Part shown: positions 63,633-64,000 of the stretch, piece after piece | Numbering within the stretch: position 1 is the first letter of the stretch | Layout of the letters: every line of letters starts with the position of its first letter | NCBI GenBank assembly: GCA_051251855.1 | Contig: JBPOGI010000001.1 | Coordinates: 128,001-192,000 of the forward strand | Direction: 5' to 3' | DNA from: Roseibacillus sp. | GTDB taxonomy: Bacteria > Verrucomicrobiota > Verrucomicrobiia > Verrucomicrobiales > Akkermansiaceae | Length of the DNA stretch: 64,000 bases | Made by a program: the position numbers and the translations under genes | The notes under the pieces: model-generated | What the model was told of the DNA's origin: nothing | Seen by the model: only the letters and a program-made list of their open reading frames with translations | The model's database searches: none

Positions 63633-63741
63633 AGGGGAGAATCGGACCGGTGGGGTGGGTGAGGGCACCCGAGCTCCTTTGAGGAGGCGGTTTCGGGAAG
63701 TTTGGCTTTGATTTCGAGGCTGGGAGAGGTCACTCAAGGGA

Positions 63742-64000
63742 ATGATCGCATTCAAAGAGTGGCAGGTGGTTTGTGAAGCGCTGGCTGCGGGGCGGCAGAC
63801 GGTAATTTTGCGCAAAGGCGGGATTCATGAGGGACGAGAGGGTTTTGCGTGGAAGCACGAGAAGTTCGCGCTCTTTCCCACTCGGTTTCATAATCAGGGA
63901 GAAGGCGTGAAGCCTGCTGATTGGGCCGAATATGGAGAAGAGGGGCTCTCGGAGTGGGAGGAGGGCGAGGTGGTCCCTATTCGGTGGGAGTGTTTGGTGA
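63742..64000 (+). CDS. DUF1802 family protein, 3' partial (not in ORF track)
   Basis: MIAFKEWQVVCEALAAGRQTVILRKGGIHEG...FALFPTRFH, running off the window end. Confidence 0.85.
   Translation, partial: MIAFKEWQVVCEALAAGRQTVILRKGGIHEGREGFAWKHEKFALFPTRFHNQGEGVKPADWAEYGEEGLSEWEEGEVVPIRWECLV

Overview
Bacterial chromosomal segment. Gene style and content (exosortase/EpsI, DUF5069, DPxAAxxW repeat protein, long NusB, prs-rplY-pth-rpsF-ssb order) suggest Verrucomicrobiota, probably Akkermansiaceae-like; this is an inference, not a database result. (1) 1-19.9 kb: one co-directional surface-glycan locus. It has Wzy/O-antigen-ligase-like proteins, GT4 and GT9 glycosyltransferases, acyl-, methyl- and pyruvyl-transferases, a split ADP-heptose pathway (hldA, gmhA, hldC, gmhB, no hldD), an exosortase plus EpsI, a mycobacterial-type polyprenyl-phospho-arabinose pathway (UbiA/DprE1/DprE2-like) coupled to a GT-C-like membrane protein, an O-antigen-ligase/TPR protein and an initiating phosphoglycosyl transferase, followed by prs. 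(2) 20-48 kb: mostly housekeeping genes (prs, rplY, pth, rpsF, ssb, rlmN, aroE, acpP, accA, lipB, ruvC, trkH, recG, nusB, ribH). It also holds tandem coiled-coil paralogs (one broken by an in-frame TGA) and a decayed small-protein/nucleotidyltransferase cassette beside a CGCAGAG repeat. (3) 48.8-64 kb: a Bat (vWA/TPR) operon lacking MoxR and preceded by two PilT-family ATPases, a yqjDEK-like operon, an orphan small ORF with a full sigma54/IHF/enhancer-like promoter, and an ECF sigma / putative anti-sigma / signal peptidase I operon. No rRNA, tRNA, CRISPR array, transposase or prophage was recognised. The best candidate for an undescribed system is exosortase-linked arabinofuranosylation of surface proteins or glycans (10.2-19.9 kb). 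All calls come from motif recognition by eye; no searches were run.
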